Of a DNA stretch of 64,000 nt, positions 62,719 to 64,000 are shown one piece after another. The stretch comes from an uncultured virus (IMG/VR IMGVR_UViG_3300037418_000253) (Duplodnaviria > Heunggongvirae > Uroviricota > Caudoviricetes). Made by a program: the position numbers and the translations under genes. Within the stretch, counting starts at the first letter, position 1. Every line of letters starts with the position of its first letter. The notes below the pieces were generated by a model, which did no database searches, had not been told where the DNA came from, and worked only from the letters and a program-made list of their open reading frames with translations. The stretch is from the IMG/VR virus record IMGVR_UViG_3300037418_000253. One strand, given 5' to 3'.

Positions 62719-64000
62719 TCAGCCTCCGCTGACAATCGCCCAGATTCCAGAATACCCTCGGAAACTCGGCAGGTTACCGGGGGAGAAGTTAATATCCACA
62801 AACGTTCGACCTGGGTCAACCCCACCATCGTCAAGAGCATGGATAGCGATATCAAATGTTCCTGTCTTTAGCCTGATGATAGTCGTGTATGTACCAAACG
62901 CAGTCTTGGGAATGTTGATGAGACTTCCGTTCCAATAAACCTTGGCAGAATTGTCCACACGAAGCGTGACTGTGGCTGACTTAATGCCAGGTGTAACCGT
63001 CACCTTGCGTCGAAGCCACAATCCTGTGCCTGCGCTCCAGTTGGTCTGGGAAGGAGGGAATCCGGAATAAGCTCCTCCATTACCGAACGGAGCGGTTCCT
63101 GTTGCCCACGAGGAGTCGTTAAATCCTGGCGCCGAGCGGTCCACAGTATCGCCTAGGGGGACCTGTAGGTACTTCCATCCAGACATTCCATAGTCCAGAA
63201 CGATTGATTCGCCGCCAGTGGTTCTCAGAGCCATGCTCACCGGACGCGTATCTCCATCATAAAGCGTGGTCAAGGAGCCATCGGTAATGGCAACAGATGG
63301 TGCCCCTACCCATGCCTTGTAAATAGTCTGTGCATCAGTCGGGCTAACCGCGTCAGAATAGGTGGCAAGGTGACCGATTCGCATTGGATACCCCGCGCTT
63401 CCTGTCTTGTTGTTTCCAACGTAGATTCCCGCCAGCGACTCAGAAAAGACCGCAATAACATGGTGCCACTCGCCCGTGGTGATGGTGGTACCTGAGCTAA
63501 TTGAGACGCCATCAACATATAGAGCGGTCAGGTTGGCGAAGGTCCATTTTCCCGTGCTGTCTGTAGTAACCTTAGGCTGTGCGGAGGCGGTATCCACATA
63601 TAGAATCGTGGCGTTGTTGGCTCCGGTATCCACTCGGACGGTCATCTCAACAGCAAAATACCCGCCGAAAACATCGTCCTCGGGAATAGAGAGTCCGCAG
63701 GTTCCGTCCGCAAAGACCACGCCAGCATTGTCATTGAAACTTGCGGCTGGACGATGCAGCTCTGCAATCGTGGTGGCAGCAGGATTTAGAATCGTTGCAG
63801 GAAGGTCTTCGTCGCTTCCCTTGATATTCAGAGACGAATAGAAAGCGATAGACAAGTATTCGACTGAAATCTGTTCGACCGAGGATGGAATGGTAACTCG
63901 AATACTTACCGTATATCCGGAGGTGAGAGCCCTGAACGACACGATTTGTCCACCGTTTGTTAGAGGAATCCAGGTCGCACCGCCATCATCCGACTTCTCG
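62719..64000 (-). CDS. LamG/carbohydrate-binding-domain virion protein (5' end outside the window)
   Basis: Frame is open to the window edge; LYVDG..WHHV LamG motif; VDN.A.VY.NG beta-galactosidase jelly-roll-like motif. Confidence 0.7.
   Translation of the reverse strand, partial: EKSDDGGATWIPLTNGGQIVSFRALTSGYTVSIRVTIPSSVEQISVEYLSIAFYSSLNIKGSDEDLPATILNPAATTIAELHRPAASFNDNAGVVFADGTCGLSIPEDDVFGGYFAVEMTVRVDTGANNATILYVDTASAQPKVTTDSTGKWTFANLTALYVDGVSISSGTTITTGEWHHVIAVFSESLAGIYVGNNKTGSAGYPMRIGHLATYSDAVSPTDAQTIYKAWVGAPSVAITDGSLTTLYDGDTRPVSMALRTTGGESIVLDYGMSGWKYLQVPLGDTVDRSAPGFNDSSWATGTAPFGNGGAYSGFPPSQTNWSAGTGLWLRRKVTVTPGIKSATVTLRVDNSAKVYWNGSLINIPKTAFGTYTTIIRLKTGTFDIAIHALDDGGVDPGRTFVDINFSPGNLPSFRGYSGIWAIVSGG

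Noticed and set aside
11000..63900. Many long plus-strand ORFs (e.g. 13957-14889, 22617-23639, 24018-25055, 28854-29828)
   Set aside because: Antisense shadows of well-supported minus-strand genes; no motifs or SD sites.

Overview
This 64-kb window is a segment of a large tailed (siphovirus-type) actinobacteriophage genome. Its gene content and order resemble the large Streptomyces phages of clusters BE/BK; that assignment is inferred from gene families, not from a search. Almost everything is on the minus strand. From the right end the order is: head and tail module (portal, protease/scaffold, capsid, tail tube, frameshifted tail chaperones, tape measure, minor tails), holin, a replication/recombination module (DnaB, primase, SSB, DnaE, dUTPase, RecA, Cas4-like, RuvC-like), a displaced terminase, then an ~11-kb accessory region. 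That region holds 21 conventional tRNA genes and a tmRNA cut by the window edge. The most unusual signal is at 1-1.3 kb, where several non-standard structured RNAs are interleaved with the tRNAs: a ~325-nt multi-pseudoknot RNA (possibly a compact GOLLD-like RNA), a 135-nt tRNA-like RNA with three T-loop motifs, a 90-nt end-paired RNA, a D-armless tRNA-like RNA with an amber (CUA) loop, and a tmRNA whose tag ends -YALVTV. Other notable points are a probable ATA start for the tape measure gene, a +1 frameshift candidate at GCC-TGA, several leaderless-type genes, and small ORFs missed by the ORF track. All functional calls come from motifs read by eye; no database searches were run.
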